Numbered from the stretch's first letter, positions 1 to 14,744 are shown. The stretch: DNA of 64,000 nt from Octopus vulgaris (GCA_951406725.2 OX597818.1:33294001-33358000), one strand, 5' to 3'. Notes: generated by a model not told the origin, from the sequence alone. Made by a program: numbers and translations.

Positions 1-80
1 ACCTCCAAATGAGTTCTTGTTAAATTTTATTCTAAGTCACTGCTATAACTAAATGCTTTTTATTATTTATTATCATTTTT

Positions 81-262
81 AAGCAGACCAGCTTGTAGAA
101 TCGTGAGTACGCCGGACCAAATGCTTCGCGATATTTTGGCTGTCTTTACGTTCTTGGTTCAGATTGCACCGAGGCCGACTTTGTCTTTCGCCCTTTCGGT
201 GTTGATAAAATAAGCTAGTAGTTGAGCGAAACTTCCGGTCTTGTATCAAAAATTAAAGCCAT
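81..262 (+). mobile_element. Degenerate copy of tRNA-headed SINE family A
   Basis: Diverged match to the family A head and body seen intact at 42283 (…ccgaggccgactttgtctttcgccctttcggtgttgataaaataag). Confidence 0.65.
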
Positions 263-1885
263 TATTTATTATCATTGTTTGAACAACTAACACTCTGTAT
301 TTTACGTGTCGCGATAGACAGAGCGTATTGTGAAATTCATGTAACTTGTAATGGTTTTAACAGCACATGAAAACGGAATGAAATCGGACGAGAAATTTAA
401 TTATTAGTTCTATCTTTTAAATTAATTTTCTTTAATGACATTGATGGTGAAAAAATGCCTATAACATTTCTCAGGGTTTCGAAAGCAAAGCAGGAAACGT
501 GATTCTCAGAGGGAAGAATGGCTCCAATGCTTACAACCCAAGTGATTAATTTTATCAGATAGAGAAGTACTGAGTAAATCTGATTAACGGATTAATTCGA
601 CTCCTCAAAATCAGTCTGATCGAGTTGCTTTTTGAGAAGCTGTGTCCACTCGCGAAAAATTCGTGTTCCAAAGATTATCTAAATCTATGCTATTCACAAT
701 GCACTTTTCATTTTTATGAGGGTAGAGAGTGAACGTAAAGGAAGATTTGGTTCAAAGCATTTGGATGATCATAGAAGCTTACAGCTTGGTTTTTAATAAT
801 CTCAACTAAGTGCATATGGAAATAAACAATCAAAATCAAAATATTTCATTAACATGAATATATGAATGAATGATTCTATACATCTTTTCCTTGTATTTCA
901 TGGTGAGCTGGATTTATGGTTTTTGTTTCAATGAAATCCCATTTATAAACTTGCTTGGCTTCAGTTTGAAGGTCTGCAACACTAGTACTCAGTAAAAAGT
1001 GGGAAAAGCACATATGATATTCACCTACCATGGGAGGAAAATAAGAATTGCAGTCGAGTGTACACTGTACTTAGTATTATAAGAGTAACTGAAAATAGTC
1101 CACAGCTTTTTCCGCTGATGTTTCCAGATAACGTTGATATTGTTTAGCCGATCGAACGGCCATACGATCAAAGGAATTCCAGCATTTCATTCCGTCATTC
1201 ATTTCATCCTTTCAACTATTTAGTGTAGACTCTTCAGGATACACTATCCTGTATATCCTTTATTCACATTAAAAACTCTAGAGTGTAATTTGTGGGAGAT
1301 TTGGCTGTTATTACTAGCAGGACAAAGTTGAGATCCTTTCCTTTGATTTTACTATACAACGTTAACGTTACTCGTGTCTGTTATTTTGCAGCTTAATTCA
1401 GTAAGCCACATGCAATTCAATAATCATTGAATTACGGAAATGAGAACTAGTAAAACGTGTAACACTTCGTATTTATTGCAATAAACTCTATATAACATAT
1501 GCAGGTATCATAATATTTAAGAAATCCTGAGAATATTTTTGCTATTGTTACTATTTTCAGTCTTGAAAATATTGTTCTTCTCTTCAGCTATATGTATGTA
1601 TATATGTATGTATCTATGTGTGTGGGGTGTGTGTATGTTTGTATATATGTATGTATGCTATATATATATATATATATACATAGAAGATATATATAAATAG
1701 ATGAGTGTATTTTTCCTTTGTTAACAATTAATCGATAAATAGTAACCAGGGTAGCAAAAAATCACACTAGTAAAGATGTTGTAACTCCTTGTTTTTAAAG
1801 GTAGAAACTTCGGGTTTACGTGGAACTTTTTGTATAATATATTAATAAATAAATGGAGTTTAACGCAGGTATAATTTCAAACTCC

Positions 1886-1974
<89 letters not shown>

Positions 1975-2720
1975 CCTCTCTATTTGTTTTTCTATCAACA
2001 TGTGTATGTAAGTGTGCACCACACAGCGTAAATCTGAAGTGATTTAATATAAAGTTTATAAAGCAGCACTTTCGCTGAACAGACAACGTAAAACGCATTT
2101 TTTCTGCACTCCAAAAACAAACACACACATGCACATTCACGCACATAATTCTACACAGGTCACTATAAAATATTTATTCCTGAGACGAAACGAAATAGCC
2201 TTTAATGCTAGAAACCAGGGCAGTAAGCAAACAAGAAACCTAATTTCCCCAACACAAATAAGAAAAAAGCAACTGAAGAAAAATAATCTGACACAGAAAC
2301 AGTTCAAGTTTCTAAGTCGGACATTCATTATTATTGTTATTACTTTTTTTTTAATTGTTGTTATTATCATTATTTTCTTCGGACATGGTTAACTGGAGCA
2401 CGACTCATGTGACTTGCCGAATAATACGAGGCAACACCTCCAGGGGAATACGAAATCACTGAGGGGTTGTCTTGCCTTAGGAAGCGGCGATCACCGAGTG
2501 GAACGAAATCGCTTTTGTTTGTATTCGGTTTTGTTGTTTCATTTGATTTTCTATTTGCTGTTTGTGGTAACAAATTTGCAGCCGAACTAAACATAATGGA
2601 TTACTGTGTACTTATGTCAAACTATATGGACATTTTTTCTATTTCTTTATTAATAGCCGGTGGGAAGGGAAGAAATACCTAAGCAAAATACAAGTTCTCA
2701 GTTCTTAAAGTTCCTTTCAC

Positions 2721-2759
<39 letters not shown>

Positions 2760-2974
2760 TTGCTACTGCTGCTGCTGCTGCTGCAACTGCTGCTTCATCT
2801 TATTATTATTATTATCATTATTATTATTACTATTATTATTATTATTACTATTATTAATATTATTACTATTATTATTACTATTATTACTAATATCATTATT
2901 ATTATCATTATTATTATTATCATTATTATTATTATTATCATTATTATTATTATTATCATTATTATTATTATTAC

Positions 2975-3034
<60 letters not shown>

Positions 3035-3045
3035 CATTATTATTA
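2721..3045. repeat. Compound trinucleotide microsatellite (CTA)n-(GCT)n-(ATT)n
   Basis: Directly visible; explains the poly-I/N/Y ORFs in the track. Confidence 0.95.
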
Positions 3046-3202
3046 CATTCTTTTCTTCCTTTTCTTTTTGCGGTCATGTGATGATGATGATGATGATGAT
3101 GGTGTTTTTATATTTCATGCTGTTATTTTTCCTCTGTAATCCTTCATTTTCCCTCTCATGCATGTGTGCGTAAGTACATACATACATACATACATATATA
3201 TT

Positions 3203-3263
<61 letters not shown>

Positions 3264-3434
3264 TTACTGTAAGGAGAACAGGAAACAAAAACGATTTCAT
3301 TGGCCGTTACTATATGTTATCTATCCTGAATGGATGAAAGACAAATTTGACTACAACGGAATTTGAACTCACAATTTATAGATTCAGAACAAATGCCGCT
3401 AAGCAATCTGTTAGCTTGTCGTCTAAGTATTGAT

Positions 3435-3695
3435 AATGATTTTAAATGTTGGCACAAGGCCAGCAAATTTCATAGGAGTGGGTAAATCGTTTACATCGAA
3501 TCCTAATGTTCAAGTGGTACTTATTTCATCGACCCCGAAATGATGAAAGCAAAGTCGGCTTCGTTGGAACTTAGAACGTAAAGACACACGAAAAAATGGC
3601 GAATCGATTTCGTCAGAACTCAGAACGTATACTCAGACAAAATGCCACTAAGCATCTTGTCCGGCAAGCTAAGTTTCTCCTAGCGTGGCACCTAA
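3435..3695 (-). mobile_element. SINE family A, tail variant C, diverged
   Basis: Reverse complement of the family A body plus the ggcacaaggcc tail hairpin at 3451-3461. A further degenerate fragment lies at about 3300-3420. Confidence 0.7.
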
Positions 3696-3696
3696 A

Positions 3697-3758
<62 letters not shown>

Positions 3759-3912
3759 ATGAGGCTTCTAAGTTATAATATTCACATTTATCCCATAGCT
3801 GTAGCTGGATAACGTTGTTTGTATCGGGGCGTTGGTAGTAGTCGGTTTCCAAATTACACTGGTGTAGCAGAATAACTGTGGTGTATTCAAAGCTCGAGCG
3901 GCAGGAAGTGGT

Positions 3913-3951
<39 letters not shown>

Positions 3952-4639
3952 ACATATTCTCAATATAAAATAGTGTACATTTAAACACAAGAGAAACTAA
4001 CTTTAACAGGTAATTTTACAAATGACCAAAACCACATATATATATATATATATATATATTGTCCAATCTGTACTTGTCATTTTTATGACACCAAAGATAT
4101 GGTTTGAGTGGAAATTTAATTGTCATTTCTAGCAGCTCAATGAAAGATGCAAACGCGGAGAGCAGAATTTTTGAAGGTGGTAGAGTTTTAGTCATTTGTA
4201 TCTATTTCAGTCTTCAGCCTTTAATTGATCATAAGTTTGACCGTTAATCAACCTCGAAAGGCAAAGACATATCCAGCTGAACAAGAACATCAAAAGACTA
4301 AAGGGGTCTCACCTCGAATTATTCACTGCGAAAATTTCCCGATTCTAACACATGACTTATCACTTCCGATATATACTACAAATTCCAATTTATTGTTAGT
4401 CTACCAGTGAGCGTATTAATAGAGACACGTAACACAAATATAAACTCATATCTCTCAACCAACACTGTATGTATAAATTCATATTCATTACTTACATTGG
4501 ACAGACGTTAGCGACTATATTTATTGTTTTCACTTTCTTACTATTAACTAAATAAATGTAATCAAATCGATAGGTTTCACTTTTATAGAGATCTCTTCCG
4601 TAAATTAGTCTTTTTCACTAAATATCTCCAACAATATCG

Positions 4640-4989
4640 TATGCGTGTGTGTGTGTGGAGAAGACTTTTACAGATTCCATGGACAGTGAGGCTCACCAAT
4701 GGAGAAGTTCTTAAGCAGATCAGGCCGAAAATGTCGCTAGAAGCAAGGATCACCAAGCACAGATTGACATGTTTTGGTCATATTATGCGGAGAAAATCCC
4801 TGGAGAAGGACATCATGCTCGGAATGATCAGTGGCAAGAGAGGAAGAGGCTGACCAAGAATCCGCTGGTTTGACACCATCACGAGTGATACCGGAATGGA
4901 CATAGCCAATCTGAAAGAAGCGGCCCAGGATAGAACTGACTGGAGGACACTGATCCATCGCGTAACCGAGAGTCGACTTCGACTGAGCG

Positions 4990-5072
<83 letters not shown>
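4640..5072 (+). mobile_element. 5'-truncated RTE-clade (BovB-like) LINE 3' end with (GATA)n tail
   Basis: Translation WRRLLQIPWT..TNGEVL..LTCFGHIMRRKSLEKDIMLGMISGKRGRG*PRIRWFD..AAQDRTDWRTLIHRVTESRLRLSG is the characteristic RTE/BovB C-terminus. It has one in-frame stop and runs straight into a GATA tail. Confidence 0.9.
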
Positions 5073-5075
<3 letters not shown>

Positions 5076-6802
5076 GGTTTACTACGTATCAGTAGAAAGT
5101 ACTATACGTCTATACGAGATAATGTGTCTGCATACATGTGTGTGTGAGCGTGCGTACGTGCCTGTGTGTGTTTATGAGTATATATACATGTGTGTATGAG
5201 CGTGTATACGCGCATGAGTGTGGGTGTACGTGCGTGTGAGTCTATATATTCCTTAACTTGAATATGCTGAAAGAGAACCACAATACTGCGATGTTAGCCC
5301 CGAGAAAGCATCTCGTATGCTTAGACACACAGAAGTACTACGTATCAGTAGAAAGTACTATACGTCTATACGAGATAATTTGTCAAAACGTACATCTTAG
5401 TATGTGGCTTTCCTATAGTATATCCACGCTAAGTAAGGTGTGCAGATTGTTATTCGGTACTGATTCTGCTTCCGTCGTTAATATGATTTGCATGATGAAT
5501 GCATTATTAGCAGCTGATTCGATTTTTGTATTACTGACGCTAACCAATGTTTTTTTTTTATCGTGGGAGCAGTTTTATAGTGTACATTGTTGCCTGAAAT
5601 CTATAGGGATTTTTCTGTGGTGTAGTGTAGCATTAACACTTAAAGCATAATATTCATTACTTTAAGAAGATGCATGTAGTGTTATATGTGTTTAAATTAA
5701 GAATATATCACCTTTCAATGGAGATATAAAGTGTTTCTTCGATCATTAAAAAGAAAAGTACAGATAGATTTGTTAATAACACTCCAGATAATATTTCAAA
5801 GTGGAAAATATGCTGCCAACACTTGAATAGCTTTCATCTTACCAGGAAAGGCTGACAAGAGGCAAAGCTATGTCAACATCAAAGACACTAACACCAATCA
5901 TACACTGTTATACCGTTAACTAATTAACCATTCAGTTATAGAAACATGTGTTCTCACAGTCCCTCCATTCAAATTTGGGATCTGGGGTTTAATCTATATA
6001 TTTTCACATTTTTTATTTCAATAACAATAAGCAACATCGATAAATATATAAAAAAAGTAAAAGAACAATCTTATATGATGGACATTTCGAAGTTTCATTT
6101 GAAGTCTCTAATTATTATTGTTTTGAAAAATTGTAATTTCCTTTTACATTTCTGAATGAGTGAATAATTTTCAAAAAAATATAAAATTGAGAAATTGGTA
6201 AACTTTCAAGTGCTAATTGTAATTCATTTCTTCAAGAAAATAGAAACACAATTTTTATGTTCATCTTTTCATTTTAATTGTCTTTACAAAGAATACGTTT
6301 CACGTGTTTTGAATAAAAATTTTGAATGTACGCACTAAAACCCGTGTCAAAGAAAAGCACATAGCACTCATCCATGCAGAGAAATAAGCACACACGCACA
6401 CGCAAGAACACTCAGCATACACAGACGCATGAACAACACACATACCAACAGGTACCCACACACATTTACACGTATATATATATATATATATATAGTAACC
6501 CCACCATTTTATCTCTCTTACCATGCTTGTCGATTCATTTAAAAGAACATATATTCATTATTTCATGAATGTACGATGCTTCTCATTTGTATGTATATAG
6601 AAATGGAAATACTTATATAAATGTATATGCATTGCAAATAAGTACGCACACATACATACTTACGTATGTATGTATGTATATATGTATGTATGCATGTATA
6701 TATATATGTGTGTGTGTGTATATATGCGTGTGTGTAAGAACTGCTATTCTAAATTTTGGGAGAAACTGCACAGGCCAATGTGTGTGTATATATACTAATA
6801 TA

Positions 6803-6857
<55 letters not shown>

Positions 6858-7859
6858 TTATATATATATGTATATGTATATATAATTTATATATAGATAT
6901 GTATGTATTTATGTATGCATATATGTATGTATATTTAGAGCGGGCAGGTGAGAGAAAGAATCACTGCGGGAGAAAAACCACAGGTATATGTATATGGAAA
7001 GTGCGTCTTCTTGAGAGAATTTTCGAGCACCATAAAAAAATTCCAATTTTACATTTTCTATTATAACAGCTCTGTTGAGAAATATTCTTTGTGAATAATA
7101 ATACTTTCAATAATAATTCTATTGTCAATGCAATTTCTATTGATTGAAACAGCCATTAGATATATGTAGCAATCACAGTTTGTGAAAAATTCAGAATACT
7201 CATTATTTAAATTTACTAAATATGTTTTCCGTTGGATTTGCTAATAAATTGCAGATCGCTCAAATTTATGAATACTATAAATATTAACTTTAAAAATTAT
7301 ATGTAGAGATTACATAGTTTTACATTTTAGATAGTATTAGCTTTACCAGTCGGTGAGCAATAGGTAAACGATAGGTAGACGGGGTTCTTCAGTAGAATAT
7401 GTTCCTGTGTTGATGAGATATGGATAACTTTACTAATATCAAGATCATATTGAAAAGTAACAAATTATCTAGGGAAAAACTAAAACATTTGTAGAGACAT
7501 TGTTAGTCATGATAATTTGAAATGCTCCTACAAATATATAGGAAATCCATACCAATACAAACCTATCCTCATAAAACTCGCATATGGTAACTAGTTAAAA
7601 ATACTGCTAAGGTTTTTAGATTCACTTCTCGTAAATTGCAAAATTATTATCCATAATAAATTAAAATTATTTCTTTTAATATTGATCATAAATCGATTCT
7701 GAAATTATCAATAGTCCAACAGTTTTCTGTTATCCAACAAATGGCTTTCAACGCTCAGGCTCCACGGTTATTCAGCCAATAGATATGCGTATATATAGAT
7801 ATGTATGTATGTATATATAGATATGTATGTATGCATACATATACATATATAAAGAAAAA

Positions 7860-9190
7860 AGATCAAGATAGAAATTGCTAAAATAATTTTATCATAAAAA
7901 CATTTTAGTACCGGTTCCAGTCAATGAGACATTTTCAACTTTAAGTATGGAAAACAATTCAGCTTTGGAAATTAAATGAAAAGTTTTTTGAAAAACTATT
8001 TGCATAGTATTCAAATATAAGGAGCATTTTTTTTGTTTCTATCTGTCTCTGTCTCTGTTGTTTACTCTTGTGGATTCAAGGTTGTTGTGAATTCTTGGCA
8101 GAGAAGAAGAACAACAACAACAGCAACAAGATGAAGGAGCAGAAGAAGAAAAAAAAGAAGAAGAAGAAGAAGAAGAAGAATAGTAAAAGAATGCGGGAGT
8201 GGTATGATAGTAGTAGGATGTTAAATAGTCAAGTGACTTAAAAGTGACTCTTGTGGATTATAATAGTGATTGGAACTGTTTTTAATGAATTCTTTGGTAT
8301 CTCTTTTGAATGTATTATTTTTAATATTTGCCTGTGTTATTCTAAGGAATATGTCGTTTGTTGTAGATGCATTCAAAAGGGGTCTGTATTTTGTGATAAA
8401 GAACGACTCTTTACTAATTCCTTGGTTACAGGTTGTATCGTCCCTGAATTGGTAGAGGTGAAAATTCTGAAGCTTGGATTTTTGTTATTGGCACAAATGT
8501 CTATGTTATTGGCACAAATGTCTATGTGTTTTGGAGAATTTTGATCTGGGATCTGTGCAGAGGCGTTCTTTTACGTAGACTGTTTTTTGTTTGGCCTATA
8601 TATTATTCTTGACACCTAAAGCAGTTTACTGCGTACATCAGGTTCTCTGAAGGACATCTGAAGCTACTTTTCACTGTGAAACGCTGCCCCAATTTTATGG
8701 AGAACTCTGATCCCTCAATTAAATTGACGCATATCCATAGGTGGGGTTCTCGCATTTTTTTACTGACGGCTTCAGTGTTGTTGTTGAGCGTATTCGGGTT
8801 TGTGTTGTCTCTTGGTTTTTATGATGGTGTGTGTTTAAAGTGTTAAGTTCATCCAGTGGTCCTTTTTTACCAGGGGAATATTTTGAATGATGGTGTCGAA
8901 GGCTTCATTGTTAGGTGGGTTGTGTGTGGAGATGTATGGTAGGGCTTTTGGTTGTAAATCCTTCTTGAATCTGGGATGTCTGAGATCCTGGATGATGAGT
9001 TGAAGGGCACGTTGAAAACATAGGTCAATTAGTGAAGGTGGGTAGTTCCTCGAGTTGAGTGTATCCTTTCGTTCATGTAGTCGTGTGTCCCTGGTGCTTG
9101 CATTAGTTACTATAGTACAGATCATTTTTGCTAGGCTGAAGGGGATATTCATTCTGGTGTGTCTGGGGTGTCTTGGAGCTAAAGAAATAA
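7860..9190 (-). mobile_element. Penelope-like element remnant (RT thumb/linker, GIY-YIG endonuclease, 3' region)
   Basis: ORF 8835-9194 reads HPRHTRMNIPFSLAKMICTIV..RNYPPSLID..LPYISTHNP. Downstream are CQE*YIGQTKNSLRKR (about 8560-8615), HIDICANN with a 21 bp tandem duplication, and KESFFITKYRPLLN. Frameshifted. Confidence 0.85.
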
Positions 9191-9544
9191 ACAAATTATG
9201 AACAGAGTGAAATATGGTGGAAATTTATGTTCTAAAATTATTACTAATAATGTAGATATCCTAAGTCAGTATAATTATAACTATAATAAAAAAATATTCA
9301 GATTAAAAGTAAATTTAAGCTGAAAAGATACACCTCATATTAAATTTTTATAAATTTCATAATGATTATTTTGATGAAGCCAAATATATACGGCTAAGTA
9401 TTCCGTTTGCAAGAGAAATAAGAACCAATTTAGTTAAACCTTTTTGCAGGTCATTTTCTAAGCATTTTAATAAAGAGAAGCCCAGTATATCCATCATAAC
9501 TACCCATCTGATATGGATACACCAGGCACATGCATCACAACCAT

Positions 9545-10015
9545 ATGTGCGCGACGTAGTGATCACATATCAAGATAAACAGCGCATGTCCTTGCAGGTG
9601 GGGCCCAGTTAGAATTTTCTTCTGGTCGAGTAGCCCATCCCACTCAAAAGGTCCCTGAATAAGGATTGTTTAAGGATGTTGAACGAACCGCCCATGTTTC
9701 CAGAGGTGAAATATCCAAACCTCTAAGAATTCCTTTCAACGCACGGCTATGATGCACCCCCACTAATTCTGCTCATGATCAGAGATGCACATATCGTCAG
9801 CCACTAAGGGACATGCTCAACTGGTTAAGGTCAAACAACTGACAAGCATATTTGTGGCATTGAGTAGAATATTTGCTGTAGCCCATCTTTTATACCAAGG
9901 CAAAACAATGTACGTGATAACACTTTCAATCAGTTAATATCAGAAGCCATGAAAGTCACTGTATGGTATTGCATCAGGGCATTTATCATTCTTCTTCTTC
10001 TTCTTCTTCTTCTTC

Positions 10016-10105
<90 letters not shown>
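9545..10105 (+). repeat. Unclassified interspersed repeat ending in a (CTT)n/(ATT)n tail
   Basis: GC-richer block ending in a simple-repeat tail. Positions 9838-9922 recur in inverted orientation at 31730-31815, showing it is interspersed. Confidence 0.6.
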
Positions 10106-10693
10106 GATAACAAAAATGTGATGTCACTTTTTACAACTATGATTTCTTATACGGGTTGAAGTGATTGTAACTTACTTTTCTATATTATAGTTGTAAGAAA
10201 GCCCATGATCTTCACAACATTTTGATTCATATTCTTACAGAAATTTCTAAAACCGTTCGTTTAGCTCGAAAGAATTCAATAACGATATGGAATCAACATA
10301 TAAAGGAAAAATCTTTTGCGGAATGTATGAATCACACTTATGTATCTTCTCCCAAGACGAGAAAATATTCATCACCCACCTTCCTTGAATAGCAAATCTA
10401 TTATATCATTTTTACGCTTTATTTTGTTCGTCCGAATACACATCTTTGACGGTTTTTATGAGGCAAGGAATGAATGACAATTGGGTAGATTATAAAAAAA
10501 GGGTATTCACTGTCACATAAATATAATTTGAGAAAGGAATGGCTTGTAACGTATTGTGAGAGAAAGAGTTACTGGGGAATAAACGAGTCGATTACTCTAA
10601 GATTATTAACTAGAGAACTGAGAGTGTTCTTAAAGCACGTTTCCTTCCTACACCAGCATCGACACATATATGTATGTAAGTATATATATATGC

Positions 10694-10752
<59 letters not shown>

Positions 10753-10828
10753 CATAGTTATACATTTTTGGGCAGAAATATACATACATACATATATATA
10801 CACACCTATACATTTATATATACATATG

Positions 10829-10889
<61 letters not shown>

Positions 10890-10895
10890 GTATAA

Positions 10896-10927
<32 letters not shown>

Positions 10928-11797
10928 ATACATATACATATATGTACATATATATGTTTATAAATGTATCTATATCCATATATATATATATATATATATA
11001 CATATGTAAATAGGAATAAGTGGTAGATGTTATTTTTAAAGGAATGATGCCTATTTTACTTTATTAGCTATATTTCTTTTGTGAGCACAGAGTACAATCT
11101 TGTTAGTTGGTTGGCAGCAAAAGAAAATCCCAAAAAGAAAACAAGTGATGATTTATTTCTAGCCATGCGTGAAATAAGTACAGTTATTCATTACGAATCC
11201 TGCAAATAACAAAGCCAAAAATATTCGATTCGTTACCACTGTATAAGCTATGTCTGGGAAACATCCGTTCCTCTATAAATGTTAACCAGCCGTCACTCAT
11301 GAGTATCTAATAAGAGGGAGCAATCCCGTTCAGTGAATTTCGTCATTATCTTTTTTCCCCAAATTACCGTGTTCTATTTTATTTTTTATTTACACATTTA
11401 TTTTTTCATCGTCGAACATTCCAAACAGACGATGTTTGTTCATGACTTGTTTTGTTTATCACTGTTTGTTTATATCATGAGAGTATATTCCTATCACGCA
11501 TTACATATTTCTGACATTGGAGGCTTCCACAAATATATGTTTAGAGTGCACTGAAGAAACCGCAGTTGAGTTTAGGCTTTATTTAGTTATTTAGTATACA
11601 TTTGTTCAATGCACAATTCTGAATTCAGTGTTGAAGAGCACTACATTCTTCACATGAATATGTCATTTATCAAATCACCAGCTACATGTGTTTATATATA
11701 TATATATATATGTCTGTGTGTGTATATGTATATATGTATATATGTATATATATATATATATGTATATATGTATATATATATATATATATGTATTTAT

Positions 11798-11888
<91 letters not shown>

Positions 11889-11975
11889 AATGTATATATA
11901 TATATATATAAACCAGGATCTATGCATAACGAGAAAGTTATGGCATTTCTAATAATACTATTACGGCTGTTGCAA

Positions 11976-12120
<145 letters not shown>

Positions 12121-13021
12121 ATACGCGTATTTGAAGGAGTGTAATGCTTGAAGTAAACACGAGTGCGTAAAGAAAGCTAAGATGATTACGATTAGTCTAA
12201 ATTATATAAAACACAAAAATGGAAGCGAAAGAAAGTGCTGTTATATCATATAAATTAGCCATCAAAACTTAACCCCATGAAATTGCTATATGCACCTTTT
12301 TCCTCTATCAAAGACACATATAATGTATGATGACAGGTGTGGGAACTTATTCACTCTAGATACTTACTGACATAGAAAGGTGCACATACAGATGCATTAT
12401 GGGACTGGAAAGTTACATAAGTGACTCAAAAACTTACATAACTGACTGAAGAGATTTGCGTGTTGCAGTTATCAAACTAATTTAGCAATGAAAAACATAC
12501 ATGCTTCTCTATTTTGAATTCTTATCTTTCTCTTATATCTACACCGGTGCTCACAGAAATACTAACACACACACAGCCAAACACTTGCACATATACATAC
12601 ATACATATTTATGTACACACACATACACACACACGCACAGACATACACACACACACCTACCCACACACACACAGAGCAACAGATGAATAGTGTGTCAATC
12701 CATTACAGCTGTTTCAAACATGTTTGTAAATGATTAATTGAGAAATTACGTCATTAGAATAAGCCGTTTTCATCTAGCGAATAAAGGAATTACAAAATTC
12801 AGAAAAATTCAAAAGTCAACATCTTATGGCACTTTATGGTTCTCCGACCAGTGCCGATCAGAAGTTGGGTACAGTTAATCGCATACATAATCCGAATATC
12901 TTTCCGCCTGCACTTCGATAGCTGCGTATGTATTCCGCTACTTTAATTGTGTACACATTTTATTTTTCAACCCGACCTGGTGCTTTATCATTTAAGTGTC
13001 TGATTCATTTGAATCCTGATC

Positions 13022-13055
<34 letters not shown>

Positions 13056-13287
13056 CGGCTTTGATTCCAAGCGAAATTAGCTCTCTAGTATAAAGACTTC
13101 GTTCGCTGTGGGGCTGTTATCTACCTTGTTAGCATATAAACAATGTGCTTTTTGTGGCTATAAGAGTCTCTAACGCTTATTTCTAATAATATAGATGCTA
13201 CTCTGCAACCTCAGTTACTATTAGTGACAATTAACTTTTTCTTGTTTGGTTTTATATTGCATCTAGCCTCTAGCCACCTTCATCACT

Positions 13288-13322
<35 letters not shown>

Positions 13323-13525
13323 AGTAGTTGAATGAATTATCCTAGTATGGATAATTCGGTTAACCTATACCTGGGTAGCAAATTCACGTCAGAAAACACG
13401 GTTGAAGCTACATGCTAAGGGCAGAGATCACGTGCTTTCATGTGGAAATTTGTGTGTTTTTTTTATCACTATGGACTCCGTGTGGGCAGTCATCTATAAA
13501 TTTGTGTTCGTCATGATGCTGACAT

Positions 13526-13630
13526 AAGTTCCTTGTCTTTCCTGATGAGAAGGCGGCATAATGCACCCCTTATTCCTTCGGAATTAGGAATATGCAGTCT
13601 TCGAAACATATGTCGAGAATAAAGGAATTT
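13526..13630 (+). ncRNA. Type I hammerhead ribozyme (PLE-type), intact core
   Basis: CTGATGA at 13542-48; stem II GAAGGC/GTCTTC extended by GCATA/TATGC, CCT/AGG and ATTCC/GGAAT; GAAA at 13603-06; palindromic stem III ACATATGT; GUC cleavage triplet at 13612-14; stem I TTTC/GAGA, internal loop, then AAGTTCCTT/AAGGAATTT. Confidence 0.8.
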
Positions 13631-13660
13631 TGTTAAATCGTCGTTCGACTCCATTCTTTC

Positions 13661-13752
<92 letters not shown>

Positions 13753-14522
13753 GTATATGTATGTATGTATATTTTAGAGAAAGAATATTGAATTCACGAG
13801 ACTCTTTATCCAAAACCTTTACTATCGCTTCGACACAGCATGCCCCGGTATCTTACACGTGATGTGCTGTTCAATGAATTGAATACCTCTCCTCAAGTAA
13901 CTTTTCAAAAAATGCCTGAGGTTTTATTTGCCGTTTCGCTTATTTTTATATGATGCACAAACCTATTAGACACCGTTACATATAACCATTTTAAACTTTA
14001 ATTCTTTTTTTAGTACAAAGACACAAACACTTCATTTCGCGAGATTCAGGTTACGATGTCATAAAACGGACCATTATCACAAAACATTTGCAAGATCTTG
14101 CCCACCCACATACTCATTCTTTCTATGCTCCCTAATACGCGGATTCTGCTAGATGACAGTGCCAAAGTAACAAAATAGCGTACTCAGCATCTTACATACT
14201 AACAAAATGAATAGACATTTCAAATGATGGAACAAGGTGAATAATCAGAGTGACGGACATAGAGATTCATTTACTGTGCGAGGAATATCATGGTAGAATA
14301 TTTACTATGTTTTATATCTTACGGTTATTTATTTACCATGTTATGATCAATTGTTATATTTCAGATAAAATATACATACTTTTCCAATTTACATAGAAGA
14401 TCATGACCATCACTTGCTAATTTTATCTGCTTCCACTAGGCTGCAAAAAATACAAAGAACGTCACCAGCAGAAGAAAGCGTTATTCTGAGTCTGGAGGCA
14501 AATTATAATTCTTTTTCAGTTA

Positions 14523-14692
14523 CAGTTCTATATTTAAGAGATGAGGAATTATGTACGTTATTTTCATTATTTGTATTTTTCGATGTTATTATTATTATTA
14601 TTATTATTATTCTTGTTGTTGTTTTTGTTGTTGTTCAGGAATCAAACTCGGAATCTTGGGGTTAGTAGCCCGCGCTGAATAATAATAATGAT

Positions 14693-14744
<52 letters not shown>

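Noticed and set aside
9929-9980. Resemblance to U2 snRNA (atcagttaatatc; tggtattgca)
   Set aside because: Only two short patches with wrong spacing; no U2 5' end, branch-point recognition sequence or Sm site. It lies within an interspersed repeat.
14380-14445. Possible minus-strand micro-exon after tattttttgcAG
   Set aside because: All frames stop within about 30 nt and no partner exons were found; such acceptors arise by chance in AT-rich DNA.
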